Assembly (NCBI GenBank): GCA_964016885.1
Contig: OZ024746.1
Coordinates: forward strand, 51,398,001-51,462,000
Reading direction: 5' to 3'
DNA length: 64,000 nt
Origin: Eledone cirrhosa
Taxonomy: Eukaryota
The first letter of the stretch is position 1. The number at the start of each line of letters is the position of its first letter. Shown in pieces: positions 12,051-25,471 of the stretch. The notes beneath the pieces were generated by a model that was not told the DNA's origin, did not search any database, and was given only the letters and a program-made list of their open reading frames with translations. The translations under genes were made by a program, and so were the position numbers.

Positions 12051-13144
12051 TCTCCTTATAATATATAACCAGCAATTTCTCTGTCTGTCTGTCCGACAGT
12101 GGAAACACGTGCGCGCGTGGTTGGTATCTCTCTCTCTCTCCAGCTATCCCTCTCTTTTAGTCTGTCTGTTTCTCTCACTCTCACTCTTTCTCTTTGTAAC
12201 ACACTAACATTCCTCCCCTCTATCGCTGTGACGAATGGGGAGATGGAGGAGGAGGAGAAGGAGAGAGTCACTTCGTCACTTCACCTCTGCCTTTCTTTCT
12301 CTCCCCTCTCACTCCCTCATTACGTACAGACATTAGGGCGGTGGATTGGCAGAATCTGTAGAGAGTCGGACACCATGCTTCATAGCATGGAGTTACGGCC
12401 CTTGCCATTCTGAGTTCAAATACCGCCGAGGTTAACTTTGCCTTTCATCCTCACGGGGTCGATAAAATAAAGTACCAGTAATGTACTGGGTAATTGCTGG
12501 CCTTGTCTGTATATATATAAAATTAAGTATGTGTGTGTCTGTGTATTACCTATAGGGGCCTACATCTTACGACCGATTTTCATGAAACATTACAGGCTCA
12601 TAGATTACTCATCGGGGAGTGTTTTCTACATATCAGCGTATCGTTTTTTTTTTATTCCGGGGTCATTCTGCAGATAAAAATCGATAGGGGGGGGGGTCAC
12701 CTTTTTTAGGTATCGAAAAATAAGATTTTTGGCTCTAGCTCCCACATTTTGCCACCGATTTCGTTAAAGCAAAATATAATTTATCATTGTACATTCTGTA
12801 ATGGCTTTATATTTTGCATTTGTTGTTCAGGGACGGCGTGGTAGCCACTTAAATATTCAAAAATACCACTTTTAGACTCAAATTTCCACTTTATCGGCTC
12901 TAGCTCCCACATTAATCAATCTACTTTGTTCAAATTTTACACCTCGCTAGATCTAATTATTTCACGTCTTAAAGTGGCTTTACATTTTGGATGTTTTGTT
13001 CAGGAACGGCGTGGCAGTCGCTTAAATATTCGAAAATACCACCCTCCCCCGCATGGCCTGTGTGTGGCCATAGATGAGTCATCGAGAAGCAGTCGCTAAG
13101 ATCAACACCTTTTCATCAAAGCAGATATTATTTTACCTACCTAG
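12051..13144 (+). mobile_element. Composite non-autonomous Helitron (family-A 5' end + SINE + second Helitron from 12506)
   Basis: 5' end nearly identical to 11119. A second TCTGTATATATATAAAA start at 12506. Ends CTAG|T at 13144, where the R4 reading frame resumes with no TSD. Confidence 0.75.
12335..12505 (+). mobile_element. tRNA-derived SINE (octopus OK-like)
   Basis: A-box-like TGGCAGAATC, B-box GAGTTCAAATACC, then CTTTGCCTTTCATCC..GGGGTCGATAAAATAAAGTACCAGT. Many copies occur in the window. Confidence 0.85.
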
Positions 13145-13879
13145 TAATATAATAAATGTAGCAGCCACTGTTGTTACAAAAGAAAGTGGGTACCTCCTTA
13201 GATCTTCACAAGCAAGAAAAGCAAACCCTAGACAAGCATGGAAATCAAAGATAGAAAAGGATGGAACATTAAAAAAAGACCTTTCAATCTTAAGTGAAAT
13301 AAAGAAAACAACAAATCTAGGAATATGAAAAAAAATAAAAATACTAAAGAAATATAATATAATAGAAAAGGAAATCCCGTAGACTTAGGAATGCCTACAA
13401 TAATAAATAATTGCAAAGGCACAAAGGATCCAGAGATATGAAAAGTGCAAAAAAAATTTTGAGCATGACCAGCTTCTCCACTTCAACTCAAAATGACTCT
13501 ACCAGGAACTTAATAGGAGGAAAATAGAAATAAATGTAGCCCCGGAAGTAGAAGTGGAAGAGTTCTGGAGAAGATTATGGACAGAAGAAGAGAAATTACC
13601 ACGTATATGATGATGTGTCTAGCATACTGAAAAATGCAAACAATTGGAAGGCACCGGGCCATGACAAGATCACCAAATTTTGGTTGAAATATTTAACAGG
13701 GCTACATGGTGTAATTGAGAGGAAGTTTAATGAGATGTTTACATAGCTAGAAAAACACACCTTGTCTCATTAAGGAGAAAACCACCCTGATCCTCAAGAA
13801 TAATGACTCAACAAACCCCAAATTTACAGATCCATAACATACCTGCCTACTTTATATAAAACTTGAACAGTAATAATTA

Positions 13880-14066
13880 TTTCTACTTTTGGCACAAGGC
13901 CAGCAATTATCCCAGTGCATTACTGGTACTTTATTTTATCGACCCCGTAAGGATGAAAGGTAAAGTTAACCTCGGCGGAATTTGAACTCAGATCATAAAG
14001 GGCCATAACTCTATGCTGTAAAGCATGGCGTCCGACCTTCTACCGATACTGCCAACCCACCGCCCT
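13880..14066 (-). mobile_element. tRNA-derived SINE (OK-like)
   Basis: Reverse complement of the 12335 family. Confidence 0.85.
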
Positions 14067-14928
14067 CAACCTGTAGAACATAATGTTAATCCTGAGTGGC
14101 TGCATGAAATCAAAGACAACATAGAAATAAATACACAAAAACAAATTGGATGTCAAAGGATAATGGATGAAGGCTATATGAAAGGATAACAGAGTAGGAA
14201 GGCTTAGTTCCCAGCTGGATGACAAAGAGAAAGACATTATTATGTGTCAAGGAAATTGAATAACGTGTCTTACGCAAATATAGAAACTACAAACAGGAGC
14301 TTTGGTTGGGGAATTGTATGGATACCTAGAAAAAAGTATGTTGCTATCAAATGAACAGAAAAGGTGTCGAAAGAGAAGTGGGGCAACAAACGATCAGTTA
14401 TTAATTGAGAAGCTAATCATCAGAAACTGCAAGAGGAGGCACACAAATTTGAGCATACCATGGATTGGTTATCGTAAACCATACGATATGACACTACACT
14501 CATAGATAACAGGAGTTATGGAAATGTATGGAATAGCCGAAGACATAAGACGCCTTATATGAATGAAATGAAATGCTGGAGCTCTGAATTGTCAGCAGGG
14601 AGTCGGTTGAAAATTAGGAGAGAAATATTCCAGGGTAAAGTTTATCCCCATTTATATTTGTGTTGGGAATTATTCCAGTGAGTGAAATATTGCAAAAGAC
14701 AAAGCTGGCATTTGATCTGGGAAATGGTAATGGAAAGCTCAAACACTCTGTGGTAGGTTTGTTTGTATATATATATATATGCTGATAATGGTTTAACTAT
14801 CGTCTCAGTGTGTTTGGCCTTTTAACGTATGTTGTTGCTCTAGTTCACTCGTTTCTATGGAGCGCTTGCCTCACATTTCGGAAGTTGTTTTTCGCTAATT
14901 TCCAATAGCCGAAATGCGATTCTCGCTA

Positions 14929-15021
<93 letters not shown>

Positions 15022-15149
15022 TATATATTTGTGTGTGTGTATACCAAACTCACTATCTATCTGCCTGTTTGCCCGTTATCTATTTATGCCTATGGACAAG
15101 AACACCAATAGCAACAACAACTGAAAAATTCCTACAGCAGTCCGAAAAT

Positions 15150-15278
15150 TGATAGATAGATAGCTAGATTGATGGACAGACAGATAGACAGATAGATAGA
15201 GAGATAGAGAGATAGATAAATAGAGAGATAGACTGGCAGCCAGACAGCCAGACAGCCAGACAGACAGATAGATAGATA
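15150..15278. repeat. (GATA/GACA)n microsatellite
   Basis: Direct inspection. Confidence 0.95.
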
Positions 15279-16804
15279 TGTTTCTTTATTAGCCACAGGG
15301 GCACAAAAGAAGGGGACAAATACAAAGGGGGAAGTTTACATACAATAAAAACGTGTAAAATATTATCACAAATACAATTTAAAAGTTAGTCGATTTTCCC
15401 CAATAGGGGGAGACAGTTCATATGGGTAACACACCCCCGAAAAAATGTGCAACCTTCATCTCCAGGAGTACGAAGAGTTTGTACTCCTTTCCTCTCCTCC
15501 TCTTTTTCCTCAACCTACAGGCTGATATAGAGAGAAGGCCCATTCACTCGGGCCATTCTCGCCACTGTCACCCACCTTTCATAAAACTTGCTGGGGTACA
15601 GCACCTCTCTCTCCATCCTGATTCTTCTTCCAAAGTGGTATTTGAAAAAAAGAATCAGTTGGCCGGAGAGAAAGGTGTCTGACCTCAGCCCTTTCAGCCT
15701 TGTCCACCATACAACCTCTTTCGCCATAGCTATCACACAAAGGAAAACCGCCTCTCCTTTGTTTTTGAAGGAGGGTGGCGGTTTGATCATGACAATGGAC
15801 TCGGTGGTCAACCGGATTGGTACCACCCGCGAGAATAGTCGTTCTACATAGCCCCACAGGTCGGTAACGCCTGGGCAGTGTATGAATGCGTGCGCGACGG
15901 TTTCTTCGTCTCGCATGCACCTCGGACAGATCTTTTTCGAAGGGTCCCTGCCCGGGCGCCCATGTCTATAGAGCTTGTCTCGAACTGGCAGAGCTCCTCG
16001 GTAGCACTGCCAGGCCAGGGACTTTTGGAAGTTGTCCATCGGTCCCGGGCGGAAGGTCCTACCGAACAGACTGGCCAGTTCGTCTTCCTCTACGCCCAGA
16101 GTTTCACCGAACGCGTCGTCGCACTTGCTGCGGATCAATCCTCTATAGAATGACGAAGTGGAGTCTCCACTGATCGCCGGGTCCACCTGCCAGAGGGCTG
16201 TGAGCGCCTGAGCACATTCAATGTGCCAGTCGCCCATTTTCCTCGGCCTTTGCTTGACCCAGGACTGCAGCTCGGTCAGCGAGAGGAGTCGTGGGAAGGC
16301 TCGCCTCAGGAACGGGGCCCACACCGGTTGTCCGGTGAGGAATACGTAGAGATGCCGCAGCCTGAGCGCATGTTTGCGCATCGTCAACCATGGCATCCCA
16401 AGCCCTCCGTTGGAAGGGTGTTGGCAGCAGATGGATCTTCTCACCAAAGAAGCCCGCCTCCTCCAAAGGAATTGGAAGAGCGCGCGCCCCATTTTGGCGG
16501 GCGTTTTGGTCAAGCGGTAGTAGATGGCGGATGCTATAAAAGTGTTCGCCACCTCCGCTATACCTTTCATGGATAGTTTGCACTCGGCCCACTTCTGAGT
16601 GAGTGCAAACACCTTGGCCGTCACCTCGTTCCAGTTCTTCTCCACCTGGAGGTCCGGACCAAACCAGACCCCGAGCAGCTTTACCGGTCTTTCCGTCCAG
16701 CGTCTGACGACGCCATTGGAAGGCATCGGTTTGCCTCGCCATGATCCGAGGTGCAAACCGATGGACTTGTCTCGGTTCAGCTTCGCTCCTGTGAACCTTT
16801 CGTA
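15279..16804 (-). mobile_element. 5'-truncated Tx1/L1-clade LINE (copy A): ORF2 C-terminus + 3' UTR
   Basis: KLLGVWFG, GGLGMP and the C-terminal Zn finger CPRC..ETVAHAFIHC. AATAAA followed by (TATC)n at the 3' end, with GATA repeats on both sides. Confidence 0.9.
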
Positions 16805-17045
16805 TAGATAGATAGATAACTTTCTTTTTATTTGCCACCAGGGCATCAAAGAGTGGGACAAGTACAATGGGGGGAGTTTACATAAAAAGGCGTCCTCACT
16901 AAGGAGGAGGCAATAACAAAATATAAAAATATAAAATATAAAATATAACAAAAATAAATTGAAACACACCCCCGAAAAAAGTGTGCAACCCTTCTCCTCA
17001 GGAGCACACAGAGAGGGTGCTCCCATGATCTTTCATCTTTCTCAC

Positions 17046-19878
17046 CTACAGTCTGATGTAGAGTGAAGGCCATTCTCGCCACTTTCACCCATCTTTCATA
17101 GAAACGGCTGGGGTGCAGTACCTCTCTCTCCATCCTGATCTTTCTTCCTTAGGTCCCGGGCTGAATGTCCTACCGAACAGGATGGCCAGTTCGTTTTCCT
17201 ACATGCCTAGGGCTTCTCCGAGGTCGAGACGAGTCTGGGAAAGGCTCGCCTCACAAACGGGGCCCACACCGGTTAACCGGTGAGGAATACCTGGAGGTGC
17301 CGTAGCCTTAATGCGTGTTTACGCATCATCAGCCACGGCATCCCCAGCCCTCCTTTCGAAGGGTGTTGACAGCAGATGGATCTCCTCAGCATAGGATCCC
17401 GCTTCTTCCAAAGGAATTGGAAGGGTGCGCGCTCCATTTTGGCGAGCGTTTCCCTTGGGTAAGGCACGACGGTCAGGCGGTAGTAGATGACGGACGCTAT
17501 ATAAGTGTTCGCCACCTCCGCCCGACCTTTCAGGGACAGTTTGCACTCAGCCCACTTCTGGGTCAGTGCAAACACCCTGTTCGTTACCTCACCCCAGTTC
17601 TTCTCCACCTGGAGGTCTGGTCCGAACCAGACCCCGAGCAACTTCACCGGGCCCTCTGTCCAGCGCCCGACGACGCCATCGGAGGGCATCGAATTGCCCC
17701 TCCACGTGCCGAGCTGCAGACCGACAGACTTGTCCCGGTTCAGCTTAGCCCCTGTAAACCTTTCGTACTCCTCCAGTAAGGTCCCGATCGCCCCAATTTC
17801 CGAGGCCGTCGACACCATTACTGTTACGTCATCGGCGTAGGCCGACACCGCTTTCCGCAATCCTGGTTCCAACGGGGTGCCCTGCAACAACTCCAACTTC
17901 CGCAGCAGTAGCTCTAGAGTCATTACATACAGAAGGGAGGAGAGATGGCACCCTTGTCGGATGGACCGCGTGATTTCGAACGGCTCCGAGAGGTAGCCGT
18001 TCACCTTGACCTTAGAGCAGATGTGGCTGCTGTGCATGGCATTGATCCAGCTCCTGAAAACGGGTCCGAAGCCTGCCGCCACTAGCAACGCATCCAGGTA
18101 ACCATGGTTGACCCTATCGAACGCCTTAGATTGATCCAAGTTGATCAGGGCCCCACCAAAGCTGGGTTCGTTCCCAACCCACTCTATGATGTATCGCATG
18201 AGGTGGAGGTTGTCCTGGATGGACCTGGATGGGATAGCACATGTCTGCGCATCTCCCATCAGGTTGCCCACGACAAGCGCCAACCTCTTTCCTAACACCT
18301 TGGCCAAAATCTGTAACTCTGTATTTAGCAGAGTTATGGGCCTGACATTAATTATATCGCCCCCCTTGCACTCGTCCTTCCTCACTAGCGTGACTACGCC
18401 CTTGGTCACAGCACAGGGAATTCTCCCGTTCTGTTGCCAGTTGCAGTAGACCGCCTCGAGGAGATCGGGGAACAAGTCCGGCATAGCTAGATATAGTTCG
18501 TATGGAAGACCATCGAGACCCGGGGATTTGCGTTTGCCGCATTGGCTCAGCACGTCTTCTATCTCAGCGGCTGAAATCGGCTCCTCGCAGGACTTCGCCT
18601 CCCTGTCCGAGAGACGCGGCAGGCCGTCGAGGTATGGACCGAAGTCCACTTCCCCAACCAGCTCCCGCCGCTTCCGAACAATCTGGCAAAGTGCTTTTGA
18701 AAAGCCTCGCACATCTGCTTAGGTTCAAGGATCACTCGTCCATCCTGGTCTCGCAAAGACCGGATATTGGATCTACTCCCTCTTTTGGCTTCTGTCACGC
18801 GGGCCCAGCTAACAGCTTTGGTCCCCTCGTTTCCCAGAGCACATATTTTGCTTCGGACGATGCAGCCTTCGTGTTTCGCGTCGAAGAACTGGCCCAGGGC
18901 CGTTCTCGACGCTAGCACTCTGGCCACGTCGCCTCTTCTGCACTATCTATCAACTCCCTTTCCTTCCTATTTCTATTTGAGGCTAACTCCTTACTAAATT
19001 CTATAGAGACTACTCTAATCTCTCTTTTGAGAGATCCCCACCACCTGCTGTTGACGATGACGCCTGTCAACCGCTCCTTAACTAAAGTGCTAATCCGTTC
19101 CCTGTAAGCCTTACTTGCCGGTAAGGACATGTTGAGCTTCCAGTAACCGGGTCCCTGTCTATGCGTTCTGTCGAGGTTGACCATGCAGGTCACTAACTTG
19201 TGGTCTGAATAGCCAACCATGCGCAATTTTTGACAACTTAAAAAGTCCTTATCCTTATTTCTAACTAAGAACCTATCTAGGTACGACCTAGATGATCCGC
19301 TACGGTTTGCCCAAGTCCAGGTTGGCGCAGTCGGAAAATCTAGTCGATATCTATCGGCCAGGTCAACTCGACCGATTAACCCTTTGAGGTTGTTACACCC
19401 CTCTCTATCGGGACAGGCCCCTACGCAGTCCCAACGTGCATCTAGGATACCATTTCAGTCCCCCACTAATAGCAAGGAGCGGGACGTCCCTAGAAAAGTT
19501 TCCAGACGATGGAAGAAGTCCGGCCGCATTGACTCGAAAGGGCCGTAGACGGCTACCAGCCTAAACGTTCCGCCTTCACCACTGCCAAGGTCGAGAACCA
19601 CTAGTCGACCCTCCGGGTCCAAATGTACCGTCTGTGTTGCGAGACCCAGATGGTTTTGCAGCAGAACGACAACCCCACCCCCACCTCCGGGCTGACAGAG
19701 ATGCGTGCATCTCAAAGTCATCAAAGGTGGGGGCCAGCTGTTGCACGTTGCTGATCCGGGCCTCGCAGATAACCATCACATCTATACGTTGTGACCTGAG
19801 GTCATTTAGAAGCATTGCTTGCTTCCAAGTTGAGCCCAGGCCACGCGCATTAAGACGGCCTACTCTTAGCATAGCCAT
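17046..19878 (-). pseudogene. Tx1 ORF2: apurinic-like endonuclease + reverse transcriptase (frameshifted)
   Basis: APE motifs LNARGL, LLVGD, YSDHKLV, GYWKLN. RT motifs KSPGLDGLP, RPITLLN, DQSKAFDRV, RQGC, AYADDVT. Confidence 0.92.
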
Positions 19879-19902
19879 GTTGGTGGTGAAGAGAAAAGGC
19901 AC

Positions 19903-21525
19903 TTACCTCTCTGCGTCCCGGGTATCGGGCTGCACAATTTCCATGAGGTCGGGATGGGTTGTTGGTGGGGTGGTGGTTTGTGGAAGTGTAGGAGCATCAG
20001 TGTGTTGTGTGGTTGGGGTGTTTGGAGTTGTGTGGGTGTTTGGGGAGGGTGGGGAAGTTTTTTAGGAGGACGCGGTTAATGGGCCCGACGCAGGGGGGGG
20101 GGGGCGTCCTCTTTAAAGTTGTTTTTTAGTGTTTTATATGTGTCCTCTGGGGCCTTAATCATTTTGAGGTGGGGGAAATCCCCTGCCTGGGTGAAGTTAG
20201 GCCCTTGGGTTTTTGCTAAATTGTTGTTGTATACAATGTTTAGCAGTTTTTTTATTTCTTGTGTTTATGTATGTGTATGCATGTTTTTTGATTTTGTGTG
20301 GTGTTTTTTGTTTGCTGTTGTTGTGTGCTCTTTTGTGTTGGTGTCTGTGTTATGTTTTGGAGAGGGTAGTTTTCATTTGTGTGTCTGAGGTGTGTTTTCT
20401 TTTTTTCTTTTGATTGTGTGGAAGTGCTCCTCCTCGTCTGACGACGAACGTGGGTCATCTTCCGCGTTGGAGGGGAGGGGTAGATTTTCGGGTTGTGTTT
20501 GCGGGTTGTGTTTTGGAAATTGTTTTTTTTTTAGTGGAGGGGAGGGATGGGTTGGACAGTGTTTTGTTTTGGTTTGAGCTGTGGTTGTTGTTTTTGTAGT
20601 GGTGGTTGTGGTGATTGTGTTGGTTATGCAGTTGTTGGTGGTGTAGGCAGGATTGGGGTTTTCTTTTTAAGTTGAGGACAGACAGCCCTCATTTGACCTC
20701 TGGCTCCACAGAGGTAACACGAGGGCCGCCTACCCTCAACGGTAATGTTGATAAAAGTTTGATCATCCAGTATGACGCGTTCACGGATCTGGGCGATCCT
20801 TTCGGGCCTCATTTGAACTACAAGTTCGAGGCCCGTTCCACTGAACGCGTCACCCGATGCCTTTCCCATGGATATTAGTGTATCATCGTCTAGGTCAAGG
20901 AAACCTGTCAATACCCACCATATGTCCATAATCGGCAGGATGGTGTGAATTTTTATTTTTTTTGTCCTTCTACCCATGTACGTAGGGTAGAAGGTGTATG
21001 CTGTGGATGTAATTGGTTTTATGGACAGTTTCACTGCTGTGTCCCTGTCCTTCATGAGAATGGATAGACTCCCGTAGAGTCTATCCTTCTGAATGAATAT
21101 GACGTCTTTCATGACATCTTTTAAAACCAGCTCTATCTCACTCTGTGATGGTTGAGCTGGTTTTTTGCTTTTGTTTGAGACTGTCCTAAACATGACAGTG
21201 TTTAGGAGTCTCTGGCTTTTTAGTTCCGGGGGGGGGGGGGGGGGGGAATCGAAAATGATCCATTTTCCCCGTACACTATGTATTTTTTGGCATCTGCCAG
21301 TAGCTCCTTCGCTTTGGTTATATCTATTGGCAGATAGTCGAGGGTTTTCCTTGCCGTTGTTTGTGTTGCTGTTGTAGTTGGTGGTGTTCTTGTTATCACA
21401 ATTATTGGTCTTGTTGTTGTTATTGTTATTGTTGTTGTTGTTGTTTTCGTTCGTAGCATTGTTATTGTTTTGTTGCTGGTTGTGTTGGTTTTGTTCATGG
21501 TTTCACAGTTTTGGTTTGTTGCCAT
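19903..21525 (-). pseudogene. Tx1 ORF1 (gag-like, zinc knuckle, Thr/Pro/Lys-rich), frameshifted
   Basis: CYLCGARGQMRAVC, a CX2CX4(H>Q)X4C knuckle. Lies immediately upstream of ORF2 with a ~24-nt spacer. Confidence 0.75.
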
Positions 21526-21892
21526 GGCAACGTCAAGTTGTCGGTCAGCAGGTGGAGAAAATCCTTCCTCTGGCTGACCTTTGTCTTTGACATCTGCTAC
21601 TATGACAGTGGCAGGGTAAAGCTGTAAGCATATCTTCCCCTTTCCTCCTTCGAATTTTGGTGAAGAAGCTTCAGCCATTTAAAAAAAAATGTTAGCTTTT
21701 CAAAAAAAAACTTTTTGTTAACTATTTCGCCTAAAGGCGTAGAATATTTTGAGAGACTGACCAGATCAACATTTGACCTGGCAGTCCCTCTACAAAATGG
21801 TACAAAAATGAAGGTTACAGTCAATAATTTCTATAGAAATTTAAGCAGAACTTACTCAGCAAGTTTCACGCGTGTGTCCATCCCAGAGATAG

Positions 21893-22870
21893 ATAATTTT
21901 CTTTTCTTTTGCCACGAGGGCATCAACAAGTGGGACAAGTACAATGGGGGGAGTTTACATGAGAAGGCGTCCTCAATAAGGTGGAGGCAATAACAAAGTA
22001 TAAAAATAAAATAAAATATAACAAAATAAATTTTATAACAAAATCCTCAATAGGGAGGAGGCGCCTTGGGAGGTCGCACACACCCCCGAAAAAAAGTGTG
22101 CAACCCTTCTCCTCAGGAGCACAGAGAGGGGGTGCTCCCTTGATCTTTCATCTTCCTCACCTATAAAAACGGCTGGAGTGCAGCACCTCTCTCTCCATCC
22201 TGATCCTTCTTCCGAAATGATATCGGAAGAAACGGACCAGTTGTTGGCCAGAGAGAAAGGTGTCTGACCCCAGTCCTTTCAGACGCGTCCACCATACAAC
22301 CTCTTTCGCCATGGCTATTACGCACAGACACACCGCCTCTCCTCCGTTTTTGAAGAGAGGAGGCGGCTTGATCGTTACAATAGACTCGGTGGTCAACCGG
22401 ATCGGTCCCACCCTTGACAGCAGCTGTTCGACATAGCCCCACAGATCGGCAATGCCCGAGCAGTGTACCAATGCGTGTGCAACGGTTTCCTCGTCGCACA
22501 CGCATCTGGGACAGATCTTTTTCGAGGGGTCCCTACCCGGGAGCCCGTGTCTGTAGAGCCTTTCTCGAACGGGCAGAGCCTCTCGGTAGCACTGCCAGGC
22601 CAGGGACCTCTGGAAGTTATCCATAGGTCCCTGGCTGAATGTCCTACCGAACAGGTTGGCCAGTTCATCTTCCTCCATGCCTAGGGCTTCTCCGAGGGCG
22701 TCGTCGCACCTGCTAACCACCAGCCCTCTATAGAATGACGGGGTGGATTCTCCACTGACAGCCGGGTCCGCCTGCCAAAGAGCCGTTAGCGCCTGGGCAC
22801 ACTCGGTGTGCCAGGCGCCCAGTTTTCTCGGTCTTTGCTTGACCCAGGATTGCAGCTCGGTGAGTGAGAC
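21893..22870 (-). mobile_element. 5'-truncated Tx1 LINE (copy C, same 3' UTR type as copy B)
   Basis: CPRCVCDEETVAHALVHC finger. GATA repeats at both junctions. Confidence 0.9.
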
Positions 22871-22892
22871 GATAGATAGATAGATAGATAGG

Positions 22893-22945
<53 letters not shown>

Positions 22946-22960
22946 CGATAGATAGATAGA

Positions 22961-23212
22961 TATGTTTCTTTATTAGCCACAGGGGCACAAAAGAAGGAGA
23001 CAAATAGAAAGGGGGAAGTTTACATACAATAAAAACGTGTAAAATACTATCACAAATGCAATTTAAAAATTAATCGATTTTCCCCAATAGGGGGAGACAT
23101 TACATATGGGTAACACATACCCCCGAAAAAATGTGCAACCCTCATCTCCAGGAGTACGAAGAGTGAGTACCCCTTTTCTCTCTTCCTCTTTTTCCTCAAC
23201 CTACAGGCTGAC
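22961..23212 (-). mobile_element. Tx1 3' UTR-only copy (copy D, same type as copy A)
   Basis: Near-identical to 15279-15526. Flanked by (GATA)n at 22871-22960 and 23213-23246. Confidence 0.9.
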
Positions 23213-23391
23213 ATAGATAGATAGAAAGATAGATAGATAGATAGATCAAAGTCGTAATTTAGTGCGTATATGTTTTATGGCAATTGCAGAAAATATTCAA
23301 TCATGAATTAATGTAATTGATTTAAACAAAACGAAACACAAATTGCGGTTGTTGCCGGAGTACCAATTGGGAGAAGATCAAAGAAAATCGA

Positions 23392-23532
23392 TTTTCTACT
23401 TCTGGCACATGGCCAGCAATTAGCTCATTGTATTACTGGTGTTTTATTTTATCGAACCCGTAAGGATTAAATGCAAAGTTAATCTCGGCGGGATTTGAAC
23501 TCAGAATGTAAAGGGCCATAACTCTATGCTGC
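23392..23532 (-). mobile_element. OK-like SINE fragment
   Basis: Matches the 13880 copy. Confidence 0.75.
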
Positions 23533-23650
23533 AGTTGTGGTACTTTATGTTATGAGTTCAAATCCCGCCGAGGTTTAACTTTTATAAATAATGTTGCAAT
23601 CGAGGAATTATTAAATTAAAATCTCGCACTTTTTAACTGGTACTATGCTA

Positions 23651-23738
<88 letters not shown>

Positions 23739-23741
<3 letters not shown>

Positions 23742-23931
23742 ATATAGAAAAGCTTCTACAGAACTAGAACTGTTTCATTCGTGAGAAATCCCCAGGAAGC
23801 TTCCTGATGATTTCTCACGAATGAAACAGTTCTAGTCACGTAGAAGCTTTTCTATATTAAATATTTATACTCTGCTTTGTATTGAGTACCTTAATTATTC
23901 TGGTTACCTTCGATTGAACCCGGGATAAACT
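23739..23931 (+). mobile_element. Fold-back Penelope pLTR-like mini-element with hammerhead
   Basis: Inverted repeat 23739-23860 plus a one-sided tail, inside (TA)n. Hammerhead at 23797-23849: AAGCTTC-CTGATGA..GAAA..GTA-GAAGCTT. Relatives at 25662-25780, 25968-26020 and 61770-61875. Confidence 0.75.
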
Positions 23932-24014
23932 TATATATATATATATATATATATACATATGCATACACATATACATGCACATACACACACACATATATAT
24001 ATATATATATTCAT

Positions 24015-24054
<40 letters not shown>

Positions 24055-24151
24055 ATATATATATATATATATATTAGTGTGTGTGTTTGTCAATCTATCT
24101 CTCTGATTGTCTGTCTGAGAAACGAAGAAAACAATTGAATATAAAACCCCA

Positions 24152-24195
<44 letters not shown>

Positions 24196-24785
24196 CATTG
24201 CTAAGTATAACGAAACGCAAACTACGAAACCTGCCTGAAACATAGAAGGGATGAACGAAAAGAATAGAAAATGATAAAAAAACAAGAGTAAAAAACAAGA
24301 GAAATCAGTGAACAACGGAAAGGAAACGAAGAGAAAGCAACCATATTGAAATGGCGGTCAGAGATCTGCGTTTCGTGTACGCTATTAAACTAAGTCTGTT
24401 CCGTCTTCCCACATTTTCATTCGTAGCATAGAATTTCTGAAACAGGTGTAAGACAGAAGGAAGGAGGAAAAAATAAAGAAAGAAATGATATTTAAAAAAA
24501 AAAGAGTACAAAAACAAAAATAAAGAATGAAAATAAAAATACAACAAAAAATAAGAATAAATGAGCAGACGACATGTGTGTGGTGGTGGTGGTGGTGGTG
24601 GTGGTGGTGGTTGGGGGTCTATGCATGTATGTGTGCATATATATATATGAGTGTGTGTGTGTGTGCATGTATGTATATATATATATATACGGATATGCGA
24701 CTATATATATGCATGCAGGTATATACAAACATTTATATATATATTTATATACATTGAGAGAATTAGATATATGGATATATGGATA

Positions 24786-24883
<98 letters not shown>

Positions 24884-24901
24884 TGTCTGTATATATATGT
24901 C

Positions 24902-25010
<109 letters not shown>

Positions 25011-25423
25011 ATACATACATACATACATACATACATACATTTTGAACAAAACCTAAAAACTATGCAAAGTTCCTTATGACGAAGACTGATTTTAACAGCT
25101 GTTTAGAAGTGAATACATAAATAAATTAGTAAAATAAACTAGATAGACTGGTGAATGGGTGGGGCAAGTTAATGTGTAGGGGGGCACGGGTAGATAGATA
25201 GAGGGGTGGGTGAATGTCTAGTTAGGTGGGGTGACACAGAAGAATAACAAGGAAGGAAAGCAGGGAAAAGAGAAAAGTAACACACATATATATAAGTATA
25301 TGTGTGTGATCGTGGGCATTCGTGTGCAAGTATGCAAACATATATACAAAAATACACACATATATATATGAGTACATGCACACGTACATACACACGCACA
25401 CACACTCACACCCACGCATACAC

Positions 25424-25471
<48 letters not shown>

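Larger units (their letters stand above)
10869..14750 (+). mobile_element. Degraded R4/Dong remnants (copy 4, possibly two elements) interrupted by Helitrons and a SINE
   Basis: HLPKIK..ITRLN|NIINVAATVVT aligns with copy 2 (TLPKIQ..ITDLNHLYYASAKVT). Further remnants WKAPGHDKI, EQKRCRKRS..DQLLIEK and IFQG. Confidence 0.8.
16819..21700 (-). mobile_element. Near full-length Tx1/L1-clade LINE (copy B) with frameshifts and deletions near the ORF2 C-terminus
   Basis: ORF1 followed by ORF2 (APE, RT). The 3' end abuts GATA repeats at 16805-16818. The 5' boundary is approximate. Confidence 0.88.

Noticed and set aside
12335-12430. tRNA genes
   Set aside because: A/B boxes belong to SINE heads; no cloverleaf.
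15515-17026. 503-aa ORF as a single gene
   Set aside because: Chance read-through from the 3' UTR of Tx1 copy B across the GATA tract into truncated copy A.
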